Source: Micavibrio sp.
Lineage (GTDB): Bacteria > Patescibacteriota > Minisyncoccia > Moranbacterales > GCA-2747515
Direction: 5' to 3'
Length of the DNA stretch: 64,000 nucleotides
Assembly (NCBI GenBank): GCA_020718085.1
Contig: DYDB01000001.1
Span: 117,902 to 181,901, forward strand
Shown one piece after another: positions 40,261 to 49,445 of this stretch. The translations under genes were made by a program, and so were the position numbers. The notes beneath the pieces were generated by a model, which made no database searches, had not been told where the DNA came from, and saw nothing but the letters and a program-made list of their open reading frames with translations. Position 1 is the stretch's first letter, and the number at the start of each line of letters is the position of its first letter.

Positions 40261-41409
40261 TCAATCATTGATCCTCCAGTGTGTTTCCCAGATCAATTGA
40301 GTTAGTTTTGCATATATTTTTTCAGCATGAAGGCGTGTTTCGAGAGGGATGGTTGCGAGTGATCGCATGGCAAAAATGAGCTCACGCGCACCTTTTTCGA
40401 TATCCGTAGGACTCCAACTGATCGGGGCGGTTTCGATGAGTTTTGCTCTCGTTGACCACCACCACGCACAACTTGCCATTCCGCGATCTGCATGTTTACG
40501 AGCCGATATGTAATTTTTATCATCTGCGTGTGCAGTAACTGTCTCAAGTGTGAAGAGAACAAATTTCCATAGGGATGTATGGATCACATTGTCACTGGCG
40601 TTCCAGAGTTTAAATGGATTTTGTTCATTTAATTCTTCTTCAAGTGATTCCCAACTCGCTTCTCGCGGTGTAATTATTTTTTCCTGCTTTAAACTATTCA
40701 TATACTCGGATATAGTTGACATGACAATTGCAGGGTCGGTAAATGCTTTTTTGTAATATCCATGATCATCTTTATGCCAATGTCCGTAAAGTTCACCATC
40801 ATGGGCGATGATAAGTGTTTGGCCATCGATTTCGTCGCGCTGTTCGATGATGGATTGGGGTGGAAATGATTTTGAGAATGATCTGTCTCGAAAAAGCACA
40901 CGTAGACCGTTATGCGCAATTACATAGCGAACAGAATTATCTGGTTTACATTTAGAAATGTGGATCTCATCTAAAATAGTCCATTCAAAGCCCAGTGAAT
41001 ATATAATATCTGCAACCTTTTTACTGTAAGCCATTTCAGGGATGTAAAAACCCTTTGGCTTGTACGCATTTCCAAAAATCCTCTGACTGATCTCCGTATG
41101 TAAAGTGATTTGCCGACGTATTTCTTCATCTGAAAAAAAAGTGAGAATTGGGTGATACATGGCACTGCCAACAAGTTCTATTCTACCCGTTTCTACGAAT
41201 TCACGATATTCATTCAGGATTTTGTGATATCCGTGTGCTTCCATCAATTCCAACAATGAACCGGAAAAGTTCATGGTTAATCGAAGATGTGGGTATTGCC
41301 TCATCAGTTGTGGAATAAACGCGTATGATTCTTTGACGATCTGATCCACGATCTCCTTCGTTTGTGTTGGCGGCTGATAAAGGTGTAAAAAATTTATCCA
41401 TGTGATCAT
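40261..41409 (-). CDS. Glycoside hydrolase family 57 protein
   Basis: HLYQP, SGSL, YHPIL, IPEMAY, DGELYGH. Confidence 0.9.
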   Translation of the reverse strand: MITWINFLHLYQPPTQTKEIVDQIVKESYAFIPQLMRQYPHLRLTMNFSGSLLELMEAHGYHKILNEYREFVETGRIELVGSAMYHPILTFFSDEEIRRQITLHTEISQRIFGNAYKPKGFYIPEMAYSKKVADIIYSLGFEWTILDEIHISKCKPDNSVRYVIAHNGLRVLFRDRSFSKSFPPQSIIEQRDEIDGQTLIIAHDGELYGHWHKDDHGYYKKAFTDPAIVMSTISEYMNSLKQEKIITPREASWESLEEELNEQNPFKLWNASDNVIHTSLWKFVLFTLETVTAHADDKNYISARKHADRGMASCAWWWSTRAKLIETAPISWSPTDIEKGARELIFAMRSLATIPLETRLHAEKIYAKLTQLIWETHWRIND

Positions 41410-42971
41410 GTGTGTGGTGTATTACGTAATAACTTAGATTTTCTGATTCGTTCCTGATGGTTCTGTTTTTTGAGTTGGATCGTTACTAAATATAGATCAA
41501 CATATTTCTGGGCAGGAAGTCGCCATGAATTAGCCTCAGAGAGTCCAAAAATACACAGATCCCTCCATGCACGTTTATGTTTAAAATTCTCCAGAGCGCG
41601 AATAATGGCGATGAGCAGATCGGTTGCGTTGTAGCGGTCAAAAGAAAAGCCATTTCCTGTTCTTGTCTGTGGGTCGTAGTCTTCTATGGTATCGGCAAGG
41701 CCGCCAATGTGATGCACAACAGGAATGCATCCATACCGCAAAGCGATCATCTGATTGATGCCGCATGGTTCAAAGCGAGACGGCAAAAGAAATATTTCCG
41801 CTCCGGCATACAATAATGTTTCTTCCTCTTGGTTGAATTTAGTATACGCAACTTGTCCAGGGAATTCTTTTTGCAATTCCTGAAATGATCTGACAGTTTG
41901 ATTGTCACCGTCACCCATAATCAGAAATTGCACACCACGTTGAAGAACATCACGGATAATTTCAAAGATCAGTTTAAACCCTTTTTGTTCGCATATGCGT
42001 GACGTTGTGCATATGAGCGGAATTTCTACATCAACAAAAAGTCCATATCGCATTTGCAGAGCTTTCTTATTGTACTTTTTCAGCCTTACGGATTTGCTAC
42101 TGTAATGTCGAACTAATCCTGGGTCTGTTAGTGGGTTAAAATCATCGTAATCAATGCCATTTACTATACCGAATAAGATATTTTTTTTGCTCTTGAGAAG
42201 TTGATCGAGATCTTCTCCAAATGGTTTTTTGAGTATTTCCTCACGATATGTTTCAGATACTGCATTGATCGCGTCTGCATAGAGAATGGCGCGTTTTGCG
42301 AAATTCAGTCGTTCTATTTTCTTCGTATTTGCAAATAGGGGGAGTTTTGAATGCCCATCGTCGATGCCTTTGGGTGGGATAGTGAACCAATCATGGCCTA
42401 GCTGAAAGGATAAATTATGGATGGTAAAAAGTGTTGCTGTCTTGTCCCAAAACGGATCTTTCTTATAGCGAGTTTTCAAAAGAAAGGGGATCATTCCTGC
42501 ATGCCAGTCATGACAGTGGATGATCGTAGGTGTGAAATTGATCTTTTTCAAGAGAAAAAGTGTCGCAATGTTGAAAAATAGAAATCGTGCATTATCATTA
42601 TCTGCACCATAATATTTTTTATGTTGTCCAAAATACTTTTTATTTTCTATAAAATACACAGGCACCTTTTCAGTTCCAAGTAAACCTTTGCGATAGTAGA
42701 CTTTTTCAAAAACTCCCGGCTCCACTTCAATTTTTTCTACACCTCCGACACGATCAATCGTATAGGTGGCGGTGTCGATCAATTTTTCATAATACGGTGT
42801 AATGATAATGGTATCAATACCCAGATCCTGCTGTGCTCGTGGTAAAGATCCAAGTACACTGGCAAGTCCGCCAGTTTTTGAGAATGGATCTACTTCCGAT
42901 GCGATATGGGCAACGCGCATTTTGAGCATGTTCCGAATGGGATTTTTTTTCATAATGTGTGATACATGCAT
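41406..42971 (-). CDS. glgA: Glycogen synthase (GT5)
   Basis: KTGGL, HCHDWH, NGID, PSRFEPCG; start codon uncertain. Confidence 0.95.
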   Translation of the reverse strand: MHVSHIMKKNPIRNMLKMRVAHIASEVDPFSKTGGLASVLGSLPRAQQDLGIDTIIITPYYEKLIDTATYTIDRVGGVEKIEVEPGVFEKVYYRKGLLGTEKVPVYFIENKKYFGQHKKYYGADNDNARFLFFNIATLFLLKKINFTPTIIHCHDWHAGMIPFLLKTRYKKDPFWDKTATLFTIHNLSFQLGHDWFTIPPKGIDDGHSKLPLFANTKKIERLNFAKRAILYADAINAVSETYREEILKKPFGEDLDQLLKSKKNILFGIVNGIDYDDFNPLTDPGLVRHYSSKSVRLKKYNKKALQMRYGLFVDVEIPLICTTSRICEQKGFKLIFEIIRDVLQRGVQFLIMGDGDNQTVRSFQELQKEFPGQVAYTKFNQEEETLLYAGAEIFLLPSRFEPCGINQMIALRYGCIPVVHHIGGLADTIEDYDPQTRTGNGFSFDRYNATDLLIAIIRALENFKHKRAWRDLCIFGLSEANSWRLPAQKYVDLYLVTIQLKKQNHQERIRKSKLLRNTPHT

Positions 42972-43313
42972 CTTATAAATTATTTTAGACCGATAGAAAT
43001 TATATCTAAAAGTGTGAAGTTATAAAAGGGCCGTTTTTTGTTTTTGTGTACAAGTAGAGAAATAGGGTTAAACAAATTTTATGCAATAAAAAGATAAATT
43101 TGGCAAATGATAATATAGTAAGCTTAGCATTGTTTTTAACTAAAGTATATGGGTACATCTCATATGCTTTATATCTAAAATTATATTTCTGTATAATTCA
43201 TTGACATATTCTATTTAGCATGGTATTGTTCAAAGTCTTTTATTTGGATAATGTGTTTTTTTAATAACGGTCAGGTATTTTTGACGTAATCTTATGTAAA
43301 GAAGGAGGGGTAT

Positions 43314-43820
43314 ATGGTCAGAATTGATATTATCAGCTTTGAACGTGAAACTGTAAATATCGGGCGCAGAGTATTGGAAATATTGCGCAAAATAGGCAAA
43401 GGTGAAAGCGATGTAACGGTTTTGGCACTTCCGCATAAAACGGAAGAAAATACAGAACCATATATCAAAATGGTCTGTGTTGAGTTGTCTCCAGTTATGG
43501 AGATTCTTTCTGCATTTAGGCAAGAAAAATATTTCCAGAATGTGTGTATTATTGCCGGCTCCATCTGTGGCATGAGGATTTCCGCATCAGAATTTGATCA
43601 AAAAATATCTGATATTGAGACCGCATGGAATAAAGGGCCACGATATGGTGTATCTGACAAGGTTCAATGTCATGGTCTTCCCGGTACTATCAAAGAAAGA
43701 CAGTTGATATACCACAATCGAGGCGAAACGTGGACATGGGGATATGACGTTGAATGGGACAAAGAAAAACCCAGTATTTCACTTGTATATCTGCCGGAAG
43801 GATATTTGCAAGATGCATAA
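43314..43820 (+). CDS. Cassette 1: hypothetical protein with SH3-like C-terminus
   Basis: Promoter TTGACA-17-TATTGT (43201), SD AAGGAGGGG, terminator 43848-43887. Confidence 0.75.
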   Translation: MVRIDIISFERETVNIGRRVLEILRKIGKGESDVTVLALPHKTEENTEPYIKMVCVELSPVMEILSAFRQEKYFQNVCIIAGSICGMRISASEFDQKISDIETAWNKGPRYGVSDKVQCHGLPGTIKERQLIYHNRGETWTWGYDVEWDKEKPSISLVYLPEGYLQDA

Positions 43821-43902
43821 AGCAGTTTAGTCGGTGAAAAGATCGACAAAACGACCCGCTTATAATAAGCAGGGTCGTTTTCTTTTTCCTTATAAAAATC
43901 AC

Positions 43903-43952
43903 TGTCATCCCGCCACTACGCCTGCCTGCCGGTAGGCAGGGTCGGGATGACA
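43903..43952. repeat. GTCAT-type REP with nested 20-bp palindrome
   Basis: TGTCATCCCG...CCTGCCTGCCGGTAGGCAGG...CGGGATGACA. Confidence 0.75.
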
Positions 43953-44111
43953 AAAAAATCGTGTGATTGTTTATAGTTGTAGCTGTTTTTAGTTTTCAGA
44001 TTGTTTGACGCGATACTATTGACAAAAACACAAAATTAATGTATAGTGGCAAGTTGGGTTTTTTAACAGAAGACAGCAAGTAATCACAAAAACACATTGA
44101 GGAGGATGGTC

Positions 44112-44783
44112 ATGGTAGAGGACATTTTTTCTGGTGAAGTGATGGGAAGTCCTGCTTTTCCGAAAAAGGGTTTTTTGAACGCATGGGACAAGAGGGATTG
44201 GGGAATCAAAGTCCTGGAAGAGTACGTGAGGAAAATTCATGGACGTACGATCTCCGCCTATGACAACGGCAACAGGCAGGGTCGTTTGACCGGAATAAAA
44301 GCGTTTGTTCAGCTGGGTGAAAAACTGATCACATACGCCCTGATCGAGCCCAAAAAAAAGCAGGACCAGGTTCTGATCGTGCGCACAGAGTCGCATGTTG
44401 ATGAGCTCTCTACTGTCGAGTGCCTACCGTCCGAGAATGATAGTGTCAACACACTCGCAAGTGCGTTCACAAAAGCAAAGATCGATCCAGATCAGCTCAG
44501 GCAGGAACTTCCTTCCAAAGATGAGCTGATGGTTGTGGAGATCAATCACAATCGTAAAACCAACTCACTGGGAATTGCACCACAATATCTGGATGAGGAT
44601 CCTTTGTTGAGCGGTCAGAAATCCATGCGCGTTTTTTATCCCGTTTCGGTTAATGGTGAGCTGCAGATTGGCCAAAAATGGCGCTGTCGGCAGACAAAAA
44701 AACCTGTCGTTGCCGGTGCAAACAAGCATGGCGTCCCGATGATTCACATCAATGTGGAGCTCATGCGGGCCATGGCAGCTTAG
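44112..44783 (+). CDS. Cassette 2: hypothetical protein
   Basis: Promoter TTGACA-17-TATAGT (44019), SD GAGGAGG, terminator 44808-44851. Confidence 0.75.
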   Translation: MVEDIFSGEVMGSPAFPKKGFLNAWDKRDWGIKVLEEYVRKIHGRTISAYDNGNRQGRLTGIKAFVQLGEKLITYALIEPKKKQDQVLIVRTESHVDELSTVECLPSENDSVNTLASAFTKAKIDPDQLRQELPSKDELMVVEINHNRKTNSLGIAPQYLDEDPLLSGQKSMRVFYPVSVNGELQIGQKWRCRQTKKPVVAGANKHGVPMIHINVELMRAMAA

Positions 44784-44873
44784 ACAAAATTTCCACAAAG
44801 GAAAAATATACGACTCAGTCATCCGATGATGATTGGGTCGTATTTATTTTTGCAAATCGTATGTAATTGTAGG

Positions 44874-44960
44874 GTCTTTGCGAGAAACGGAGCAAAGCGT
44901 AGTGACGAAGCAATCTCAATTGATGTATGAGAAATTGCATATGTGAGATGGCTTCGTTGC
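44874..44960. repeat. Degenerate REP doublet (GTCATTGCGAG..GAAGCAATCTC type)
   Basis: GTCTTTGCGAG...GACGAAGCAATCTC ... GAGATGGCTTCGTT. Confidence 0.6.
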
Positions 44961-45113
44961 CACACTCCTTCCGTCAGAAGTAAGACAAGTGTAAAGCTGT
45001 CAAAAAAGTGAACATTTTATACTGCATTGACTATAAATATGTAGAGGATATAATATACGGAAATAGTATTATTAACAACAATATAATAAAAAATATCTGA
45101 AAAAGGAGCGAAG

Positions 45114-45392
45114 ATGTTTTCATCACAGAATATTATAATTCTCTGTATTTTTATCGGTCTTTTGCTCATTACGGCAGGAGCCATGTTCTATCTGGGTATG
45201 TGTTATGGCAAGGAGGAAGAAAAAGATGGATGGCATAAAAAATTTTTAAAAGATGTGGTCAAATCACAATCAAAAAAATGGGTGTGTACAGTTCTCATCA
45301 CATACCGCAAAGATTCAGATGTTGTACCCGATATCAACGTGGCCATCGGAAGCATGAAACCGGCTGATCCTGCATCCGATGGCAAAAAGTAA
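45114..45392 (+). CDS. Cassette 3: small single-TM protein
   Basis: Promoter TTGACT-16-TATAAT (45027), SD AAGGAG, terminator 45436-45480. Confidence 0.7.
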   Translation: MFSSQNIIILCIFIGLLLITAGAMFYLGMCYGKEEEKDGWHKKFLKDVVKSQSKKWVCTVLITYRKDSDVVPDINVAIGSMKPADPASDGKK

Positions 45393-45502
45393 TATCAAAC
45401 CGCATATCAGATTTTTTTCAACAGATCTATTTTGCAAAACGACCCGATCACATAATGTGAGAGGGTCGTTTAATTTTTTTATAACAGTGGGACTTATGTG
45501 TT

Positions 45503-45594
45503 TGTCATCCTGAGCGAAGTCGAAGGATCTTAAAATGCAAAAAATACGATGGAGTGCCGTTGTAGGAGATTCCTCCACTTCGGTCGGAATGACA
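45503..45594. repeat. GTCAT-type REP doublet
   Basis: TGTCATCCTGAGCGAAGTCGAAGGATCT ... AGATTCCTCCACTTCGGTCGGAATGACA. Confidence 0.75.
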
Positions 45595-45728
45595 TAGACT
45601 CTCATATCGTAAGATGTATTAAAAAGTCGATAATTGACAAGCGGTTGTAAAAATAGTACAATGGTGAGTCTTTGGTCATTTAAAAAAGTATTTCTACAAA
45701 CAACGCTATATATTGTGGAGGTTCAAAA

Positions 45729-46235
45729 ATGGAATTGAAAGAGGGTCTCGTGTTAGTCCTTGATGATGGGAGTTATTCTTATGAATTAGAAAAAGATTTT
45801 GTCGCTTTTGCGGCAGATGAGCGATTGATCCATTATGCGTGCATGGCCGCGCGACCGGGATTTGAAGAATTATCAGCAAAGCTTGAACATACACATTACA
45901 AACCACTGACAGTGCGAAATGAGCTCATGAGTGTACGAGCGTTGTTGTGGAATGACATCACGTGGTTCGTGATCAGTATACCATCCAAAGAAAAACATCT
46001 TTTGGAGGATATGGCCGGAACGTATGGCATGCGAGTCGCCAACGGTGTTCCGATGATGTTCGGACATAATTGCCGTATGCATTTTCCGATACGCGGTAAA
46101 AATGTCTTTACATTGGAAAACGTGGCTGGCCATCCGGTGTATCGCAACGACGCTGCCATTAATTGTGCAATGCAACAAGCAGAGCGTGAGGCTGCGGAGA
46201 ACATCAGAGCCGACAAAGAACAAAAGCCAAGTTAA
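45729..46235 (+). CDS. Cassette 4: hypothetical protein
   Basis: Promoter TTGACA-17-TACAAT (45634), SD GGAGGT, terminator 46235-46279. Confidence 0.75.
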   Translation: MELKEGLVLVLDDGSYSYELEKDFVAFAADERLIHYACMAARPGFEELSAKLEHTHYKPLTVRNELMSVRALLWNDITWFVISIPSKEKHLLEDMAGTYGMRVANGVPMMFGHNCRMHFPIRGKNVFTLENVAGHPVYRNDAAINCAMQQAEREAAENIRADKEQKPS

Positions 46236-46330
46236 AAACCCACCAGCAGAAAATCTGCTTCGGTGGGTTTTCTGTTTTTACAATATGATAAATAGAGGAT
46301 AATTACGAAAACTTAAAAAATCACATATGT

Positions 46331-46384
46331 CCCCATCCCTATGGGAGAGTCTGCCTGTCCTGCAGGGATGGGTTGGGGTGAGGG
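46331..46384. repeat. CCCTCTCCC-type REP with 20-bp insert
   Basis: CCCCATCCCTATGGGAGAG-[20 bp]-GGGTTGGGGTGAGGG. Confidence 0.7.
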
Positions 46385-46514
46385 AAGTTGAAAAGGGTTA
46401 GACATTATCGGCATGTATTGACAATATATCAAAAATGTTCTATAATGTCCAGATGCTTAATAGTGAGCGGAATCTCGTTTCTTTACAATATCAACTTGAA
46501 TAAGGGGTGAAAAT

Positions 46515-47075
46515 ATGAAAAAAGGCGATATCATCATCAAAAGTACCAATCGTGGATACATGTCAATGAACTTTTGGGCAGTGTTATGGTGCGTTGGTTT
46601 TTATTTCATCGCCAGATGGGCGGATCTATATATGGAAGATGATTATATGAGTTATAGATTGTTTCCATGGCCGCCTCTCTGTGTGTATGGTTCGTATGTG
46701 GTAATGGGTATTATTGCAGTGGTTAATATATATACTATTATTTACTCTGCTAAAGAGGTGGGAATCATCTCATACGGGGAAAATGGTTTTTTGGAAAAAC
46801 TTTCTGCTTGGTCATATGGTTTTCCATTTTCCAAGCGAACCGTAGATTTACCATTCAATCGCATTATTGAAATTGAAGTCTCGCAAGGAAGCATTGACCG
46901 TTTGCTCAATACCGGTTCGCTGACTGTAAAATTCATTACATTTGCGAATGCAGAGACCTTGGAGAAAAAGTGGACATTTCCTGCGATCTGCGCTCCAGTA
47001 GCGAGAAAAAAAGAGATTGAAGAAGCCATAGCAGACCATGAGGGCCTGCTGGTCAAGTTGAAAACAGAGCAGTAA
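46515..47075 (+). CDS. Cassette 5: membrane protein with bacterial PH (bPH_2-like) domain
   Basis: Promoter TTGACA-17-TATAAT (46418), SD AAGGGG, two TMs, IEVSQGSIDRLLNTGSL; terminator 47098-47133. Confidence 0.78.
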   Translation: MKKGDIIIKSTNRGYMSMNFWAVLWCVGFYFIARWADLYMEDDYMSYRLFPWPPLCVYGSYVVMGIIAVVNIYTIIYSAKEVGIISYGENGFLEKLSAWSYGFPFSKRTVDLPFNRIIEIEVSQGSIDRLLNTGSLTVKFITFANAETLEKKWTFPAICAPVARKKEIEEAIADHEGLLVKLKTEQ

Positions 47076-47150
47076 AATATCACTGCTCAAAAAAGAGAAA
47101 AGATCTCAAATCATAATGGTTTGAGATCTTTTTACTTTATGTAAAAAAAG

Positions 47151-47206
47151 CCCCTTCTCCCTATGGGAGAGCATGTCTGTCCGGTAGGGATGGGTTGGGA
47201 TGAGGG
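47151..47206. repeat. CCCTCTCCC-type REP with 20-bp insert
   Basis: CCCCTTCTCCCTATGGGAGAG-[20 bp]-GGGTTGGGATGAGGG. Confidence 0.7.
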
Positions 47207-47331
47207 AAGTCGAATTCGTTCGGATAGGATCAAAGAAATTGACAAAAATAGAAATTTATGATATAATGGTCATTCAGAAAAACTCTGATTTTTATTATTT
47301 AAAAACCACCATAAGATAAAGGAGAGAAAAG

Positions 47332-47850
47332 ATGAAGAAGGTAATGATCAATACAAGCATTGTATGTGCAGCGATTATTATTTTATTTGGAGGAACTGGA
47401 ATTGTTTTTTTGAAGATCATGTGTAGCGACAAGATTTCTACGGAAATGCTTGTTGATATACACAATGATCCGTTCAAATTCCCACTGTGGGAAATGACAA
47501 AAAAAGATCTTCAAAAAGAAATACCGGCGATGTCAGGAAAAAATCTCGGAAAACTAATTCAGAACATGAACCAGTTTGCACGAGAACTATCGTCGAATGA
47601 GATCGTTAAGCGAATTTCTGCTTACAGTTCGGGAGATGTCATAACTTTAGGCAATGAAATCAATCGAATGGATGTTTGGGAGGTGCTAATCGCCAAAGAA
47701 ATATCTCCCAGAATTAAAGATCTTGATGCAATGGATCTTCATAGCTTGTCAAAAACTCCTTTGAGAGATTTGGCAATTGCTGAGATTCGTTATCGCATTA
47801 GCAACAGCACATTGGATCAGAAATTTCTTCAAATGTGCATGATAGATTGA
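47332..47850 (+). CDS. Cassette 6: N-terminally anchored hypothetical protein
   Basis: Promoter TTGACA-17-TATAAT (47239), SD AAGGAG, terminator 47869-47912. Confidence 0.75.
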   Translation: MKKVMINTSIVCAAIIILFGGTGIVFLKIMCSDKISTEMLVDIHNDPFKFPLWEMTKKDLQKEIPAMSGKNLGKLIQNMNQFARELSSNEIVKRISAYSSGDVITLGNEINRMDVWEVLIAKEISPRIKDLDAMDLHSLSKTPLRDLAIAEIRYRISNSTLDQKFLQMCMID

Positions 47851-48047
47851 AGAGCACTTCATTTTATCAAAACGACCCGATCACATAACTGTGGTTGGGT
47901 CGTTTAAATTTTAATAATATTATTAATGTGATAATAAGTATTTTGAACTTGTGTACCATGTTTGAACTTTTTATACAAAAACGAGGATATTCGACCACTT
48001 TAGATCGCGAATCAGAAAACCTAAAAAATCATCTATATATCAACAAA

Positions 48048-48171
48048 CCCCCTCTCCCTATGGGAGAGGGTTGGGGTGAGGGAATTAGTAAATTGTGCAA
48101 GAATGGCATATTTTTTGTGTATGAGAAATGTTATATCCCTCACCTCAGTCCTCTCCCATAGTGAGAGGAGG
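48048..48171. repeat. Inverted pair of CCCTCTCCC-type REPs
   Basis: CCCCCTCTCCCTATGGGAGAGGGTTGGGGTGAGGG ... CCCTCACCTCAGTCCTCTCCCATAGTGAGAGG. Confidence 0.75.
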
Positions 48172-48292
48172 CAATATTTTATTGGCAGGTTGGATATTTG
48201 ACAAATCCAATATAATGGTATATAATGCGAATTTGACGTGGTGTCAATTTATGAATTAATTGTTCGTTGTCAAATTTTACTCAGGAGTGTAT

Positions 48293-48757
48293 ATGAAAGC
48301 TAAATATCTGCAATACTGCGTGTTATTGGCAATCTCATGTTTTATTATGGGAATTCATTCTATCGCTTGCGCCGATGATTTTAAAGCTATGTTGGCGCCA
48401 GCACCAGATCAAGAGATCTCTGTGAGAGGGCATCTGGAAAAGGATGGTAAAAAAATGATCGTGGAATATGTTTTTGATTTCCACAATCCTGATCAGCGCA
48501 ATCGTTCTCAAAAGATTTTTGATGACGTTTATCTCAGGTTGCTACGAAATAATTGGAAGCAATCGTTGAGTTTTAATGTCACTTTAGCCGACTATTATGT
48601 TTCGCTGACCTATGTATTCGAGAAGTCACCAAAACAATTGGCAGGCATTATGGTGGAGCGGTGTCAAAAAGGTGACATTAAAGAAAAGCAGATACTATTG
48701 CAATATGGTGCTAATGCCGCGGAACACGTAGTTTCAGCACTAGATAGTGTTAAGTAA
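48293..48757 (+). CDS. Cassette 7a: exported hypothetical protein
   Basis: Promoter TTGACA-17-TATAAT (48198), SD AGGAG, signal-peptide-like N-terminus. Confidence 0.72.
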   Translation: MKAKYLQYCVLLAISCFIMGIHSIACADDFKAMLAPAPDQEISVRGHLEKDGKKMIVEYVFDFHNPDQRNRSQKIFDDVYLRLLRNNWKQSLSFNVTLADYYVSLTYVFEKSPKQLAGIMVERCQKGDIKEKQILLQYGANAAEHVVSALDSVK

Positions 48758-48838
48758 TCATAGTACGTAATTCAACGGGTGAATTACGCTTCACAGCATC
48801 GCTCTTATAATGAGGGCACAGCACCGGAGGTAATGACA

Positions 48839-49198
48839 ATGGAAAATTCAGTAAAGATCGAACAGGCAGAAGGTGATTTTCAAGTTCATGCACAATTATC
48901 TAGCGAATTGCTTAGCAACATTGATGACTTAAAGGCGCTATTAAATCAATCCTTGAGTCGGAACAACATACATGCGTGCATGTGTAGATTCAATGATGTT
49001 GTCGTATTTTCATCCTCTAATTTTGGGGGATGGTCAGAGAAGACGGCGCAGATCGTGTTTGGGAAAGTGGTTGAATGTTTACCGGTTTATGAACTGAGCA
49101 TAAAGCTGACCAAACGGAAAAGACAGGTTCGGGATGCACTGAACAAGTGCACTGATCCTACACTCATCGAAGAGATCGGACGCCTGTTAAGAGTCTAA
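48839..49198 (+). CDS. Cassette 7b: hypothetical protein
   Basis: SD GGAGGT; terminator 49211-49251. Confidence 0.68.
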   Translation: MENSVKIEQAEGDFQVHAQLSSELLSNIDDLKALLNQSLSRNNIHACMCRFNDVVVFSSSNFGGWSEKTAQIVFGKVVECLPVYELSIKLTKRKRQVRDALNKCTDPTLIEEIGRLLRV

Positions 49199-49445
49199 TG
49201 ACTCACCAACGAACAACCCAATCACATAATGTGGCTGGGTCGTTTAATTTTTATTGGACGATAAAATGCGAAAAATACGTAGTTGGCTCTATCGGAGGAA
49301 ATCCGAACTATTTTATGTAATTTATAGAAAATATTGTCAATTTCTGGTATACTTCAGCTATAAAAGTAAAGAGGTTTACTTTACTATATTGTATGATATT
49401 ATATTGTGTTACAATGCGATACATAGACATTAATTAGATGGTGAT

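Noticed and set aside
40119-40271. 50-codon ORF inside the candidate sRNA
   Set aside because: It crosses a strong terminator, overlaps the GH57 stop and has no protein-like features.
47895-48161. 88-aa ORF between cassettes 6 and 7
   Set aside because: It starts inside a terminator and translates REP sequence (PLPMGEGWGEG).
43848-49251. Classical integron or CRISPR interpretation of the cassette array
   Set aside because: No intI or cas gene; hairpins are about 40 bp without clear attC L boxes; cassettes carry their own promoters; spacing is gene-sized.
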